This document shows positions 45,481-56,071 of a stretch of DNA of 64,000 nucleotides, in pieces. Source of the DNA: a virus; IMG/VR virus record IMGVR_UViG_3300046463_000548, positions 32,001 through 96,000 of that record, one strand, 5' to 3'. Numbering within the stretch: the stretch's first letter is position 1; the number at the start of each line of letters is the position of its first letter. The notes under the pieces are model-generated. The model ran no database searches, was not told the origin of the DNA, and worked only from the letters and a program-made list of their open reading frames with translations. A program made the position numbers and the translations under genes.

Positions 45481-46593
45481 CTGCTGCAGGATGTCGGAGA
45501 GGCGTTCCATGTTCGTGTGCAGCCGGAAGTCTTGCCGCTCGCGTGTCGTGTGCACGTAGCCAGCCGGACGTGTCGAACCATCGAAGAACACCAGGTACAG
45601 ATACTTGTAGCCCTTGTGCAGGGCCCCGCGAGCCTTGCGCGTAATCTCGTCTGTCACGCTTCCCCTATCGGCCGGGGGCTCGCTTGTGAGGTCGATCACC
45701 AGACCGCGCTTTTCGATCCACAGATCAGGCGCGTAGTCGCGTCCTTCCGAGCGATACGTTGGGCCGGATGTATCGATAGATTGCGCAGCGATTCCCTCAG
45801 TCAGGAGCCACGGAATCGCCACCTTTTGGGTGCCAACGACCAACCACGAAGCGCCGCCCGAATCGAGCCGTTGTGGGGCGTTTTTGAAGGCCGCACGCAG
45901 CGCTTCGACGGGTTCCAGAGGCGCGACCGGCAGCGCCTTTTTCTTGATACGCACGGGCACCGGCAGATCGTCTTCAACTTCGATCTTCAGGTTGTGTGTT
46001 GAGTCCCGGAGCTTTTCCCGCACCTCCCGCCGTTGGCTCGAACTGGTGCGTTTGCCGTTGCTGCGTTCTAGCTCGTTGCGCCGGTTTGATTCCACGCGTT
46101 TGGCTATCGCTTCCGGACGTGATCGCGGATCGACGGATGTCCCGTTGGAGCGTTCAAGCTCGCGATCCATGATCATTTCTTTGTACGTCTTCGAGCGACG
46201 TAGCGCGCGGCTTCGGTTTCTGAGTTCCGGCCGCTGCGCTACGTTCGTGTACTTGCCGCCTGATCGTTCTAGCTCGTTGCGTCTGCGCGTCTCGATCTTC
46301 GCCGGGTCTTTCCACGAGCACGCAGCAGAGCAGTAGCTGATGTACTTCAGTGCGCGTTTATCGAACCGGACCGTTTCGTTGCAGCCCGGAGTCTTGCACG
46401 TTGATCGCGCGTTAGGAAACAGGTGCGTGTAGAACTCAAGCTGATTGAACCGTGAGCCCAATGCGTCCTGCAATTCACTAAACAGTTCCGCGTCTATACG
46501 GTTGCGCAGCCATGCACTGAATCCACCTGGTCCGCTAGGTTTGGATAGCTGCAGCAGCCCCCTCACATCCTTTATAACAAGTTTCTGGTCCAT
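45472..46593 (-). CDS. Homing-endonuclease-like DNA-binding protein with a degenerate PD-(D/E)XK domain
   Basis: Zn finger CKTPGC...CSAAC, three ELERSxG basic repeats, YAPDLWI...VIDLTS. Confidence 0.6.
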   Translation of the reverse strand: MDQKLVIKDVRGLLQLSKPSGPGGFSAWLRNRIDAELFSELQDALGSRFNQLEFYTHLFPNARSTCKTPGCNETVRFDKRALKYISYCSAACSWKDPAKIETRRRNELERSGGKYTNVAQRPELRNRSRALRRSKTYKEMIMDRELERSNGTSVDPRSRPEAIAKRVESNRRNELERSNGKRTSSSQRREVREKLRDSTHNLKIEVEDDLPVPVRIKKKALPVAPLEPVEALRAAFKNAPQRLDSGGASWLVVGTQKVAIPWLLTEGIAAQSIDTSGPTYRSEGRDYAPDLWIEKRGLVIDLTSEPPADRGSVTDEITRKARGALHKGYKYLYLVFFDGSTRPAGYVHTTRERQDFRLHTNMERLSDILQQYA

Positions 46594-46725
46594 CTACATA
46601 TCCCGCAGTTTGCTTGCATATAGCTCAAATTGGGGTATGTGCGTGTAGCGCTTCAGATGTGTTGGGCTATACAACGTGCAATCTATATAGCGTTCGGCTG
46701 CTTTGCTTTGCTTTGCGTTTTGTGT

Positions 46726-47844
46726 TCAGAACAGACGGCTAGACTGTATGTTCAGTGCACGTTGCTGCTGATCCGATTGTAGACCGAACACGTAGTTGCG
46801 GAACCCATAGTTGATATCGAACATCACAGGGAACGACGGTTGACTGACCTTAGAGCCGGTTACCGTCAGTTGCTCTGTATCAGCCCATGACAGAGATATG
46901 ATCCCTGATTGGGTAGTTGAGTTGTTGGATGAGGGTTGCAGCGTCCCCTGTGTTTGGTTGTTACCAGCGAATCCTGAGAGCATCTTGATGAAGTACTGTC
47001 TCTGTGTAAGCTGTGCAGTAGTCGGTGAGTTAGCTGGGGTCATAAGCTTGCCGTTGATGAGGAACTGCGATCCATACTGAACAAACGACGTGCCCATTGA
47101 TCCGCTTTGTGTTCCCATGAATCCCCAGTAGGCTGACGTATCTGTCATGTTTACTGTTGAACCTAGCAGCTTGACGTAGCCATGGCTCGATGAATCCATG
47201 TTCCTCACTACATCTGCATAGATCGAATACAGAGCGATTGACGGAGTGGCTGGTGCTTGGGGGAGATTCAGGGCCACCCCTTCAAACGTGATAGACCCGC
47301 CGTACCTGTTGATTCCGTATAGAACCCATTGCGCGTTTGTTTGGCCTGTTGAGAACGTGATAGTCGGTCTCTGGAGGTCTTGCATATACTGTGATTTACA
47401 CTGTGTTCCGGAGACCAGCGTGTCGAAATCCCCGTAGTTGGAATCTCCGTAGAACGTGAATACGAGGTTAGCTCCGGTGTAGATCGCAACGTCTGACTGA
47501 GGGAACGCAAAGGTCTGGGAGGCGAGTAGCGCGATATACACAGAGCCCGTTATCTGCTGATTCGGAAACAGCGATTGGGCTGCTTGTACGGCTTTGGCTA
47601 TAGTCTGGAACGGCTGTGCTTTGGTACCCGGGTTCGTGTCTGAACCTGAGTTGGACACGTAGAAAGCGGTGAACGAACCGAAGTAGGAGTGGCTCCCAAC
47701 GTACACGCCATCTGCATTAGATTGAACGAGGTTACCGGGTTGCTGTGAAATCGGCACCTGAGTCGGGGGGATGGTTGCTGACGGGTCCATCGGCCGCGTT
47801 ACCTGAAGGGCTGAATCGTAAAACGAAGGAAGCTGGTATGTCAT
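46726..47844 (-). CDS. Baseplate-associated spike/fibre protein (pectin-lyase/DUF1565-like N-terminal motif)
   Basis: FYVSNSGSDTNPGTKAQPFQTIAKAV. Confidence 0.65.
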   Translation of the reverse strand: MTYQLPSFYDSALQVTRPMDPSATIPPTQVPISQQPGNLVQSNADGVYVGSHSYFGSFTAFYVSNSGSDTNPGTKAQPFQTIAKAVQAAQSLFPNQQITGSVYIALLASQTFAFPQSDVAIYTGANLVFTFYGDSNYGDFDTLVSGTQCKSQYMQDLQRPTITFSTGQTNAQWVLYGINRYGGSITFEGVALNLPQAPATPSIALYSIYADVVRNMDSSSHGYVKLLGSTVNMTDTSAYWGFMGTQSGSMGTSFVQYGSQFLINGKLMTPANSPTTAQLTQRQYFIKMLSGFAGNNQTQGTLQPSSNNSTTQSGIISLSWADTEQLTVTGSKVSQPSFPVMFDINYGFRNYVFGLQSDQQQRALNIQSSRLF

Positions 47845-47848
47845 GTTT

Positions 47849-49093
47849 TCACCAATAAGGGACGTACTGATTAGCTGAAAGCTGCGTGAACCCTTTGGGG
47901 TTGCACAGAAGGTTCTGGCGTTGGCCTACGATCTGGGCCGGAATCAGGTTTAGGCCCTGCGTGCGCTCGACCGGTACCGACGTATAGAACGGGATACGCG
48001 CGTCTGATCGGGTGGAACCTGGTACGGGCATCCACCCAACGGGGCCCAGAAGCACTGAATAGCCGGATGTCTGACCGTTCGTTGATTCGCCGCCCATTAG
48101 CGTTGAGGGAACCACTCCGCTTGTTGAACCCTGTCTGTCGGTCGCTGCGTATGCCGGTATGGAGTTGCCGTTCGTGTCTTTAATCCACGCAGTAGGCTGC
48201 CCCAGCATATAAACGCCGCTGTAGTTCGTGTTTGCCGGTGTTTGGGTCAGCGCACCCATCGGTATTTGAGGCGACACATCGAACGTGGGGGGAGCATCTG
48301 ACCCATACGAAAACAGATTGGACATCACGATTTCGTTGTTTGCCCACAGACCTATGGCCACGACCTCCGCATCAGTCCGTTCTCTCGTTTCGTCGTCCGT
48401 CACCCACATATCGAACGATATATCGACCGAATGCAACACGAGGTTGTAGTTGGCAATCTCGTAGAAGAACGAAATCAGCGTGGAGATATCCAAGCCCTGT
48501 AATCCGCCTTGCGCGACAATCGCCACGTGCGTTGTCGGGTACCACGTGCCTCCTTCCCACAGAGGTGTACCGATAGCCGCGTCTCCGTCCTTGAAAAAGT
48601 GCACGTAATCCTGCGTCCACAGACGTGACACCTGAAGCGATGAGCTTAGGCAGTAGTTGATGAAGTTGATAAACGACTGCGTGCCCTTGCCGAACCAGTA
48701 AGCACCGACCCAGCGCGCAATCGCCTGGTACGAGTCGTTGGATATGATCCCCGCGTTCATCAGCTTCATGCCAAGCATATTCACCTGTTTGACGAGAATC
48801 TGACGTTCGGGCTGTGACCACGCCTCAAACGGGATTAACTGCGCTTCTTCGACATACTGTGTTTCCAATGCAGGATTCGATACCCACATGTTTCGCAGAT
48901 CACCTAGAATCTCGGTCGGGATATCGACTGAAGCTTCGAACACATCGTCAATCGCATCCATAAATTCAACGAAATATGGGTTCTGCGCCATGTACGGCGG
49001 AAGAAGGATTGAACGCGGGGTCCGGTACCCCAAACGCTTGTTCTCAACCGGATTCGTGGATGGAACATCCAGCGTGTACTGATATTGAGTCAT
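47849..49093 (-). CDS. Baseplate wedge protein (P2 gpI / T4 gp7-like)
   Basis: Follows the gp6-like gene; LLPPY...KGTQSFINF. Confidence 0.65.
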   Translation of the reverse strand: MTQYQYTLDVPSTNPVENKRLGYRTPRSILLPPYMAQNPYFVEFMDAIDDVFEASVDIPTEILGDLRNMWVSNPALETQYVEEAQLIPFEAWSQPERQILVKQVNMLGMKLMNAGIISNDSYQAIARWVGAYWFGKGTQSFINFINYCLSSSLQVSRLWTQDYVHFFKDGDAAIGTPLWEGGTWYPTTHVAIVAQGGLQGLDISTLISFFYEIANYNLVLHSVDISFDMWVTDDETRERTDAEVVAIGLWANNEIVMSNLFSYGSDAPPTFDVSPQIPMGALTQTPANTNYSGVYMLGQPTAWIKDTNGNSIPAYAATDRQGSTSGVVPSTLMGGESTNGQTSGYSVLLGPVGWMPVPGSTRSDARIPFYTSVPVERTQGLNLIPAQIVGQRQNLLCNPKGFTQLSANQYVPYW

Positions 49094-49102
49094 GGATCAT
49101 CC

Positions 49103-50950
49103 TTAACCTATCGAGCTACGTGACGGCTGGCCTGAATCGATCTGCTGCTGACGCTCTGAATAGAACACGTTGATAACCGGAGGCTGAGCCAGCGTGTTGT
49201 ACTGGATAGGCGTGTTAGCTATCGTTGTGGGCGTCGGTCCCGAAGGCGTCAGTGTCCCGTTGTCCGTGAACGTGTAGGTAGCTGCGGATGTTGCCGCAAC
49301 CGTCGTCAGAATCCCCAGACTTGCGCCCGGTGCACGTCCCCACACTGTGTACGACGCAGCGTCCATCACTGCGGGCCATGTCAGCGTGATTCCGTAGTCG
49401 GCGGTTGTCGAAACGACCTGAGGGAATACCCAGTTCGTTGGGGTTCCCGACTGCCCATTCGTCAGCGTCGTTGAAATCGCATAGCCGTACACCAGTTCAC
49501 CAAGCGATCCGCCACCTGGAACGAGCGTGTACGTGATTTGCGGGCTTGTTGGAGCCGTCACGATCATCGGCCCTGTCGGGGACAGCACCTCTACGTACGA
49601 AATCTGTCCGGGGCTCGATTTGAATGCTGCGCGCTCAAGATCGGATTCATAGAAGTTCGTCCGAAGCAGGCCGGGGCGTGGAGCAAACAGCTTTATGATC
49701 GCGTCCGTCACCTGCGTCTGCACCTGTTGCGGAAGCGCAGAGTTGAAGATGTAGACGTTCATCTGCACGGTGCGCGGGACCGCAATGGGCTCCTGCCACA
49801 GGAAATAGCATGAGTACATGCTCACAGCCTGACAGTAGTCCGTGAACTCCTTGATCTGCGCTTGTGACCATGGGCTGGTGGTGAGTCCCGACACGCGGAT
49901 CACGTTCATCCAGCGGTAGTCGCTCGGATTGATTTCGCGCTGCGCTTGTGTCACCGCATCAACGATTCCGGGAAACGTTGCGACGGTCGCGAGATACTGC
50001 GATTTTGTGACTGCTGACTGATACGTGCCGAACCCGCCTGATGCCACGTTTTTGTACGCGAGAGTCGGATTCTGGTTCGATCCGCCTTGCGGATTGTCAG
50101 TCATCACGCCATAGATCAACGGGAATCCGGTGACCGTGACTTGTGTGCCCGATGTCGTCAGCGAGTTGCCGTTTGCACCATGAGTCACCGGGTACGTGAT
50201 AACGACCGTGTCCGAGACTTGCGGAATCGAGCCGAACGCTTGCAACGTGCCGAACTGCGCAGACGTTCCGCCCAGGTTGCCGAACTGCAGGAGCAAACGC
50301 CCATCGCTTGTCGTAATGTCCGCGTATCCAGGAAGTCCATCGAAGTTCCACAGACCGCCATACGATTTCGGGATAATCGTGCTGTTGATCTGAACAGTCA
50401 CGTCCTGATCAGAGACCACAAACGCATCCTGCGAGCCCACAAACGTCTGGCGCTCGGTGCCCAGGCCGTTCATCTGGTAAGAGTACAGTTGCCCCTCATA
50501 CAGCGTCACAGCCAGCGGAATATTCGCTTTGAAGGTCAGCGCGTCACGGTTGAAGAAGTAGTTACCAGCGGCTGAGAATTGCGTGTAGGGCGGAAGCGTG
50601 ACATCGACCGGACTCGTGATCGACGCGGGAGCCTGAGCGGGCAGACAGCGAGCAATACGCAGGCCCTGCATTTGCGTGATTGACAGGATCGCTGAATCTG
50701 ACTGTGCGGTTTCAGCGAATGCGTCCTCCGCTTCGCGGATCACACGGCCTTGTGCAAATGTGCCGACAGTCGAAACCAGTTCGATTAGCGTCTGCGAGGT
50801 CTGCGTCGTGAGGTTACCGACCCAAACAGGTTTCTGTTGCAAATAGGCTTGAAACTGCTGCACGAATTGATCGACATCGGCAGTCAGGTCGCTCAGTACA
50901 AGCGTTACTGCTGGCGTCGATGTGGTGCTTGAGGTAGCGGGCGTAGACAT
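49103..50950 (-). CDS. Baseplate wedge subunit (T4 gp6 / P2 gpJ-like)
   Basis: EDAFAETAQ...SI, THGANGN, GGS...AVTKSQY; follows the gp25-like gene. Confidence 0.8.
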   Translation of the reverse strand: MSTPATSSTTSTPAVTLVLSDLTADVDQFVQQFQAYLQQKPVWVGNLTTQTSQTLIELVSTVGTFAQGRVIREAEDAFAETAQSDSAILSITQMQGLRIARCLPAQAPASITSPVDVTLPPYTQFSAAGNYFFNRDALTFKANIPLAVTLYEGQLYSYQMNGLGTERQTFVGSQDAFVVSDQDVTVQINSTIIPKSYGGLWNFDGLPGYADITTSDGRLLLQFGNLGGTSAQFGTLQAFGSIPQVSDTVVITYPVTHGANGNSLTTSGTQVTVTGFPLIYGVMTDNPQGGSNQNPTLAYKNVASGGFGTYQSAVTKSQYLATVATFPGIVDAVTQAQREINPSDYRWMNVIRVSGLTTSPWSQAQIKEFTDYCQAVSMYSCYFLWQEPIAVPRTVQMNVYIFNSALPQQVQTQVTDAIIKLFAPRPGLLRTNFYESDLERAAFKSSPGQISYVEVLSPTGPMIVTAPTSPQITYTLVPGGGSLGELVYGYAISTTLTNGQSGTPTNWVFPQVVSTTADYGITLTWPAVMDAASYTVWGRAPGASLGILTTVAATSAATYTFTDNGTLTPSGPTPTTIANTPIQYNTLAQPPVINVFYSERQQQIDSGQPSRSSIG

Positions 50951-50960
50951 GAATTAAGCC

Positions 50961-51383
50961 TTACGTATTTGTTGTACTCACACTGAAACTGACGGCGGAA
51001 GGCTGTAGATTCAGATTGATGGTGAATGCGATACGCACCTGATACCCCGGTAGCGTCATATCAGGCGTCACATACGAGTTTGAGTTATCGAGCGTGATGC
51101 GTGGCTCCCACCGCTGTAGAGCCTGGATCATCGCCACGTTCATTTTGTTCGCGGTTGATTGATCAATGGGCTCTTGCAGGAACTGGTACCAGAGCGAGCC
51201 ATACAGGGGCTGAAAGATTCGGGAGCGTGCGCCAATCGCACAGTTGCAGATGTTGTAAATTGAGTTCTGCACAGCCAGAACGTTGGGCAGTCGGTCGGGG
51301 GCCGCATTCAGCGTGACAAGACTATTTACGTCGATCCACGTTGCCCCGTTCAGTGAGATTTGGTAATTCGTTAGTTGTGCCAT
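50961..51383 (-). CDS. Baseplate gp25/gpW-like protein
   Basis: AVQNSIYNI...GARSRIFQPLYGS...LQEP...ALQRWEPRI. Confidence 0.88.
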   Translation of the reverse strand: MAQLTNYQISLNGATWIDVNSLVTLNAAPDRLPNVLAVQNSIYNICNCAIGARSRIFQPLYGSLWYQFLQEPIDQSTANKMNVAMIQALQRWEPRITLDNSNSYVTPDMTLPGYQVRIAFTINLNLQPSAVSFSVSTTNT

Positions 51384-51388
51384 AGCTA

Positions 51389-52174
51389 TCAAATCTGCGG
51401 GGTAGGTGTGTTGGTATTTCGCTGCGACCCATCATCGTCATACACGTGGAAATGCTCGTTGTAGAACGTGCGCATGTTCGCCATCGTTTGGCCATTGCCG
51501 GTGCTCGTGCTGTCCGTGATGTCGCCGCCAGCCGAAATCGTTGTGCTTGCGACGACTGGGCCATTGAACTGGTGGACAGATGCTGTATACGACGCGGGGC
51601 CTGACGCGTTCAGGTTGAACGCTGAACAATTGATGTTCGCGGTACCCGTCACCTGGAACTGCAGATTCCCTGCAACCTGATGCGTTTCGGTGGCTTTCAC
51701 CACCTGAACAACGTTGCCCGCTTGATCGTAGGAAATCGTGTCGCCTGACTGATGGGTCCACACCCACGTACCGGCTGACATATCGACTTGCAGCGAATTG
51801 CCTTGCGGATCGACAAAGCCCCATCGTGTGGGTACGTTGAACCATGGGTGCGCGTTAGGCTGCGTGTAGAGCGTCTGATACAGAGGCTTGTGCTCATCCC
51901 CGTTCTGAAGCTCTACCATGACCGTAGACCCCACCTGAGGAAAGCCGTAGACCCCATAGGGGCCCTTCGGGCCTGTACCGAAACCAAAGGGGGAATCCTT
52001 GATTGCGCCGATCCACGGAACAGCGCCCTGCGTCGGATCGAACAGGCCGGGTACCGTTGCCTGGACCCTGGCGATGCCCAGTGAGTCCGTGTTCACAGAT
52101 ACCGTGCCAGCGTAATAGCCTTGCCCGTAGTCTTCTTTGTGTTGAACAGCATCGTTGATTGTGTTGAGCGGCAT
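51389..52174 (-). CDS. Baseplate central spike (gp5/gpV-like)
   Basis: OB-fold D.LGIARVQATVPG...W...PQVGSTVMV..NGD..KP; C-terminal HFH metal-binding apex. Confidence 0.85.
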   Translation of the reverse strand: MPLNTINDAVQHKEDYGQGYYAGTVSVNTDSLGIARVQATVPGLFDPTQGAVPWIGAIKDSPFGFGTGPKGPYGVYGFPQVGSTVMVELQNGDEHKPLYQTLYTQPNAHPWFNVPTRWGFVDPQGNSLQVDMSAGTWVWTHQSGDTISYDQAGNVVQVVKATETHQVAGNLQFQVTGTANINCSAFNLNASGPASYTASVHQFNGPVVASTTISAGGDITDSTSTGNGQTMANMRTFYNEHFHVYDDDGSQRNTNTPTPQI

Positions 52175-52177
52175 AAA

Positions 52178-53299
52178 TCACCCTGACGTATAAGGAGTAT
52201 TCACACCCTGGCGAACACCCAAAATCTTTTCTGCGTATTGCGCACCCGCCACCAGAAGCGAACGGCCGCCCACGATGTACGTACCTGAGTACGCTATGTC
52301 CTGCTTGTTGACATCTGAGTCCACGGCAAACGTGAACGTATCGAGAAGCTTGAATGTCGTAGGCGTCTGGATCAGAAATTCGACATCAAGCGAATACAGA
52401 TTCGCGATGCGCATGTTCTGGTAAATCGCGCTCTCATAGTTCGCATGCGTGTTGCCTACGTCGATGCCGCCGAACGACTGATATCCTCTCGCGACAGTCT
52501 GCTTAACCGTTGAGTTGAAGAGGGGGCTTGAAACGTCTGGAGAGAAGGTGACCTGTTCGTTCGCTATGCTAAGGTTCGCCCCCACCATAGACTGCGCGTA
52601 CCGGGTGTTCTGATAGCCGGTCATCTTGTTTGCGATACCGGATTTCGCTTTCGGGTTGTAATCGGCCGCTGTGTACGCGCCTGATTGATACTCGCCAAGA
52701 ATGACTGTCTGCGTAGGTGCCGGGAGCTTCGTCACGTCCCGATAGACCATCGAGCCATCGGGATTAACTCCTAGCTCCATGTACGACGTTGCCGACGCAT
52801 AGCCACGACGCTTTATGATGTTGGCGAACTCGCCGTACGTACGGTTTCGAGGCATCCACAACTGGGCGTCGTTCGTTGAGTCTCCAGAGAACGTCATTCC
52901 GCATTTGCTTGCGATCTGCTGGAGCGCCGCACTCGACGTGCCCTGAATTCCACCTATCGACGTGCCTGCCCAATACAGGGGGAAGTCCAGATAGCCGTCC
53001 ACCTCATAGGTGAAGCCGTTACCGTTAAAATCCTTCGTGTGGTGAAACTTCCGGAAGTTGTAGGTAACGGTAGGAGATGCGAGCGGTTTCAGCGTAATCC
53101 GGATCGGTATGCCGTCCTGAAGCTCAAGCTGATCGAGCGAGTGCAAACCATCGAAGATGGAGAAGTGACAGAGCGGCAGGATTCCACGCGTCCACCAACT
53201 GATCTTGAGGAAGTTGAGCGTGTTGATAGATTCGAGCGGAAATTCCTGATTGTTTATGAACAGCGATACTTCAATTTTCCCCTCAACAACGTATCCCAT
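52178..53299 (-). CDS. Baseplate hub (gp27/gpD-like)
   Basis: Size and position between the LysM-type and spike genes. Confidence 0.65.
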   Translation of the reverse strand: MGYVVEGKIEVSLFINNQEFPLESINTLNFLKISWWTRGILPLCHFSIFDGLHSLDQLELQDGIPIRITLKPLASPTVTYNFRKFHHTKDFNGNGFTYEVDGYLDFPLYWAGTSIGGIQGTSSAALQQIASKCGMTFSGDSTNDAQLWMPRNRTYGEFANIIKRRGYASATSYMELGVNPDGSMVYRDVTKLPAPTQTVILGEYQSGAYTAADYNPKAKSGIANKMTGYQNTRYAQSMVGANLSIANEQVTFSPDVSSPLFNSTVKQTVARGYQSFGGIDVGNTHANYESAIYQNMRIANLYSLDVEFLIQTPTTFKLLDTFTFAVDSDVNKQDIAYSGTYIVGGRSLLVAGAQYAEKILGVRQGVNTPYTSG

Positions 53300-53306
53300 T
53301 TGTACC

Positions 53307-53657
53307 TCAGATCGTTACCGACGCCTGCTGAGTGGACTTCTGCTTACTCAGGTATGCGAGCAGCGCGCTCTTCGTCGGTATGTTCAAAACAATGCCAATC
53401 GCTATATCTGAAAGCGGATCGGAATAGCCGTTGTATGCGAGCAGGCCACGCCATAGCGAGGTATCACCAAAGAACCGATAGCTGAGACCCGGCAGGTTTG
53501 CCATATCCGTTGCAGTCAGTTGGTACTGCGTCTGCGGCTGCACGTTGAACCGTATGTTTTTGTACGCGGACCGAAAAATGTCGTAGTTTTGTCCGGTTGA
53601 ATCCAATGGCGTGTAATTCGACCAGTTGAAGTCCCCGGTGTAGCCGATAAAAGGCAT
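53307..53657 (-). CDS. gp53/gpX-like LysM baseplate protein
   Basis: LPGLSYRFFGDTSLWRGLLAYNGYSDP...G.VLNIP. Confidence 0.8.
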   Translation of the reverse strand: MPFIGYTGDFNWSNYTPLDSTGQNYDIFRSAYKNIRFNVQPQTQYQLTATDMANLPGLSYRFFGDTSLWRGLLAYNGYSDPLSDIAIGIVLNIPTKSALLAYLSKQKSTQQASVTI

Positions 53658-53668
53658 GAGTCACCCCA

Positions 53669-54628
53669 TCAAAGACTGAATGTGTATGCCGAATTTCCCG
53701 ACACACCGAACGAGTTGGACTGCGGAACGCCAGAGCCGGAAGGCAGCGAGAACTGCGAAGCTGATGCCGTAGCTGGAGTTGAGTTCGCGCCGGGATTGAC
53801 AAACAACGACTCCAAGTCGCCCTGTGTCAGCATGAACAGAGGCTTGAACGTGACTGTTACGCGTGCATGGTGTGGAAGCCCAGTCTTTGCGTCGAAGTTC
53901 GACAGGAACGTCTGACGCACGCCAGTGACAACCACCGAATCGAACTTTAGATAGTTGCCAATCCAGATCGTGATCGGATTCTTGACCAGCGATTTCCAGT
54001 AGGCGGCAGAGCCGATGCCAGGATTCTGCGTGATCGACTGTACCGCTGCACTGTTCGATCCGTCCGTTGTCTGCGTGTTCGGGTCCGTCATCTGACCGGA
54101 CTGTGTGCCGACCCCCAACTGACTAGCGGCACCACCCGCAAGGTTTGAGGCACCTTGAAAGAGCGCACCCAGTACGGAAGAGCCGGATGAAAAAGCGGTC
54201 TGCAGAGTGGTGATCGCAGCAGAGCCCGCAGCCGCCCAATCGATGTAGGGCCCGGGACTCGACAGGAAACCAGTGGCCGAACTAACCGAGGGCATCACCA
54301 TCTTCAACAGATTCACGATGTTATTGCGCACATCGGCTACAGGATCGGACTCTGTGTGGAATTCAATCTCAACAGCGAGTTCGGTATCGGTTGACCCCGA
54401 CCAAAGCTGTGCGGTAAATGCCTGCACCGCAAGCTTGGTTCCCATTAGAGCCGCACCGATGTTGATTACCTTATTGTTGCTCAGGCCCTGAGGCAGCATC
54501 TGCTCATATGTCGCGCCCACATCCATTGCAAATGATTCAGGCATTGGTGCTTCGACAGTGAGCGTGCTCGACCCAGAATTGTTAGACAGCGTCTGCTGTA
54601 TAAGCACAACGTAACTCGTATTAGCCAT
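53669..54628 (-). CDS. Tail tube initiator (gp48-like)
   Basis: PMPESF...LWSGS...ITIWIGNYLKFDSVVVTGV...P..ARVTVTF; position in the module. Confidence 0.6.
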   Translation of the reverse strand: MANTSYVVLIQQTLSNNSGSSTLTVEAPMPESFAMDVGATYEQMLPQGLSNNKVINIGAALMGTKLAVQAFTAQLWSGSTDTELAVEIEFHTESDPVADVRNNIVNLLKMVMPSVSSATGFLSSPGPYIDWAAAGSAAITTLQTAFSSGSSVLGALFQGASNLAGGAASQLGVGTQSGQMTDPNTQTTDGSNSAAVQSITQNPGIGSAAYWKSLVKNPITIWIGNYLKFDSVVVTGVRQTFLSNFDAKTGLPHHARVTVTFKPLFMLTQGDLESLFVNPGANSTPATASASQFSLPSGSGVPQSNSFGVSGNSAYTFSL

Positions 54629-54635
54629 AGCTATC

Positions 54636-56069
54636 TCACGTATTTACTGCGATCATTTCGCCGTTCTTTCCGGTCAAGATCGTCTTGCTTCCTGATGGCT
54701 GAGGCAGCAAGCCACCCGCGCCTGGCTGCGACTGAGCGACCTTCGAGGGGGTTGTTGCTGCGTTTGATATCGTGGTTCCGGGCTGCACCGAAACACCAGA
54801 GTCAGCTACCCTTGTGGGATTCGCGTTGGTAGCTAGCAACGCAATGACTTCGCGTGCGCGGTTGCCGACCTGTGTGAACCACGCGCTCGAAGTCAGCGAT
54901 TGAACCGCGCCTTCGATGTTGAACATCTGCATGAACTTGGTGAACTGCGGCCAGCGCTTCCACCACGACGCACCCATGTTGTACGTAAGGTCGATCATTG
55001 CCCCCTGACCCTTGGGATTCAGCCGGTCGAAGTTTGGAATCTGCATTGCGGCTTTCTTGTGAGACTCGAAGTCCTTATCGAACAGAGCCATCACTTCCTG
55101 CATGCTGAATTCGCGGTTCCACTCCGGGGGTAGCGATCTGCCGTCACCGATCAGGTGACCTACCCCGACGGTCCACAGTCCGCGTGAGTCCTTATAGGGC
55201 TTCGTCTTCACACCCTCGTGACGCATGATCATCTTTTTAGTGTCTGCGTCACTGCCGGACAAATTGGTTGCTACTGCGTCACCTGCTGCGTGCGGTGCTT
55301 CGGCAACAATCGCTTTACCGCTATCTGCGACGGTTGGTGTGGACGTTGGTGTGGACGTTACCGGCGATGAAGGGGCGATAAACGATGCGCCGTGATCGGC
55401 AGCAGTCTGCGCATCGGGAACATCAGACAGCGCAGCTTCGTTTGCGAGGCTCGAAGAAACAGTGTCTGTTGGCGCTGATTCAGTAGACGAGCCCTTGAAG
55501 AACTTGTCGTAGACGTACCAGGCCAAGGCCGCCACACCGCCAGCAATGGCGATGAAAGGCCACAGTTCCGGATTGACCCCTATGAACTCAAGAACGCCCA
55601 TGAAGATAGGGCGGATCAGCCATTCGAGGACACCGCGAATTGCGTAACGTACAACTGTTTTAACGACATCCCAAATGGCTTCTAGCGCGAAGCGCATGAT
55701 GCGCTTTATAACGGTTTTGAGCACCTTCTTGATCGTGCTCTCAACTAGGCGTTTGATCAATTTCTTGCCCAGACTCTTGAAGAAGTCCGCGCGTTCTCGC
55801 CTCTTAACTTCTGCAAGGATGTCTACAGACTCAAGCATCGCTTTCACGATGTCGTCTTTGTCAGCGTCCGTCAGTTTCGATGAGTGATACTCGCCCAACG
55901 CTTCGAACGTCCATTCAACAGTCGGCGTGTTCTGCGCGTTGGGCACGACCATGATGTCCAGCAGATCGTCCAGAGGCATTTCACCAAGAGATGCCATGAC
56001 CCGCTCTTCATCAACGTCGTCCGATTCCTTGAGGGGAACCAGCGACGCGGCATCCATTAGTGTTTGCAT
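54636..56069 (-). CDS. Tail-associated GH24 (T4-type) lysozyme with an N-terminal helical/transmembrane region
   Basis: HEGVKTKPYKDSRGLWTVGVGH, DLTYNMG, S.WFTQVGNRA. Confidence 0.88.
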   Translation of the reverse strand: MQTLMDAASLVPLKESDDVDEERVMASLGEMPLDDLLDIMVVPNAQNTPTVEWTFEALGEYHSSKLTDADKDDIVKAMLESVDILAEVKRRERADFFKSLGKKLIKRLVESTIKKVLKTVIKRIMRFALEAIWDVVKTVVRYAIRGVLEWLIRPIFMGVLEFIGVNPELWPFIAIAGGVAALAWYVYDKFFKGSSTESAPTDTVSSSLANEAALSDVPDAQTAADHGASFIAPSSPVTSTPTSTPTVADSGKAIVAEAPHAAGDAVATNLSGSDADTKKMIMRHEGVKTKPYKDSRGLWTVGVGHLIGDGRSLPPEWNREFSMQEVMALFDKDFESHKKAAMQIPNFDRLNPKGQGAMIDLTYNMGASWWKRWPQFTKFMQMFNIEGAVQSLTSSAWFTQVGNRAREVIALLATNANPTRVADSGVSVQPGTTISNAATTPSKVAQSQPGAGGLLPQPSGSKTILTGKNGEMIAVNT

Positions 56070-56071
56070 TG

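Noticed and set aside
45144-45644. Plus-strand ORFs across the origin-like region
   Set aside because: Non-protein-like composition, no RBS, and they overlap the DnaA boxes and the opposite-strand gene
46701-46715. CTTTG x3 microsatellite
   Set aside because: Too short to support a phase-variation or regulatory claim
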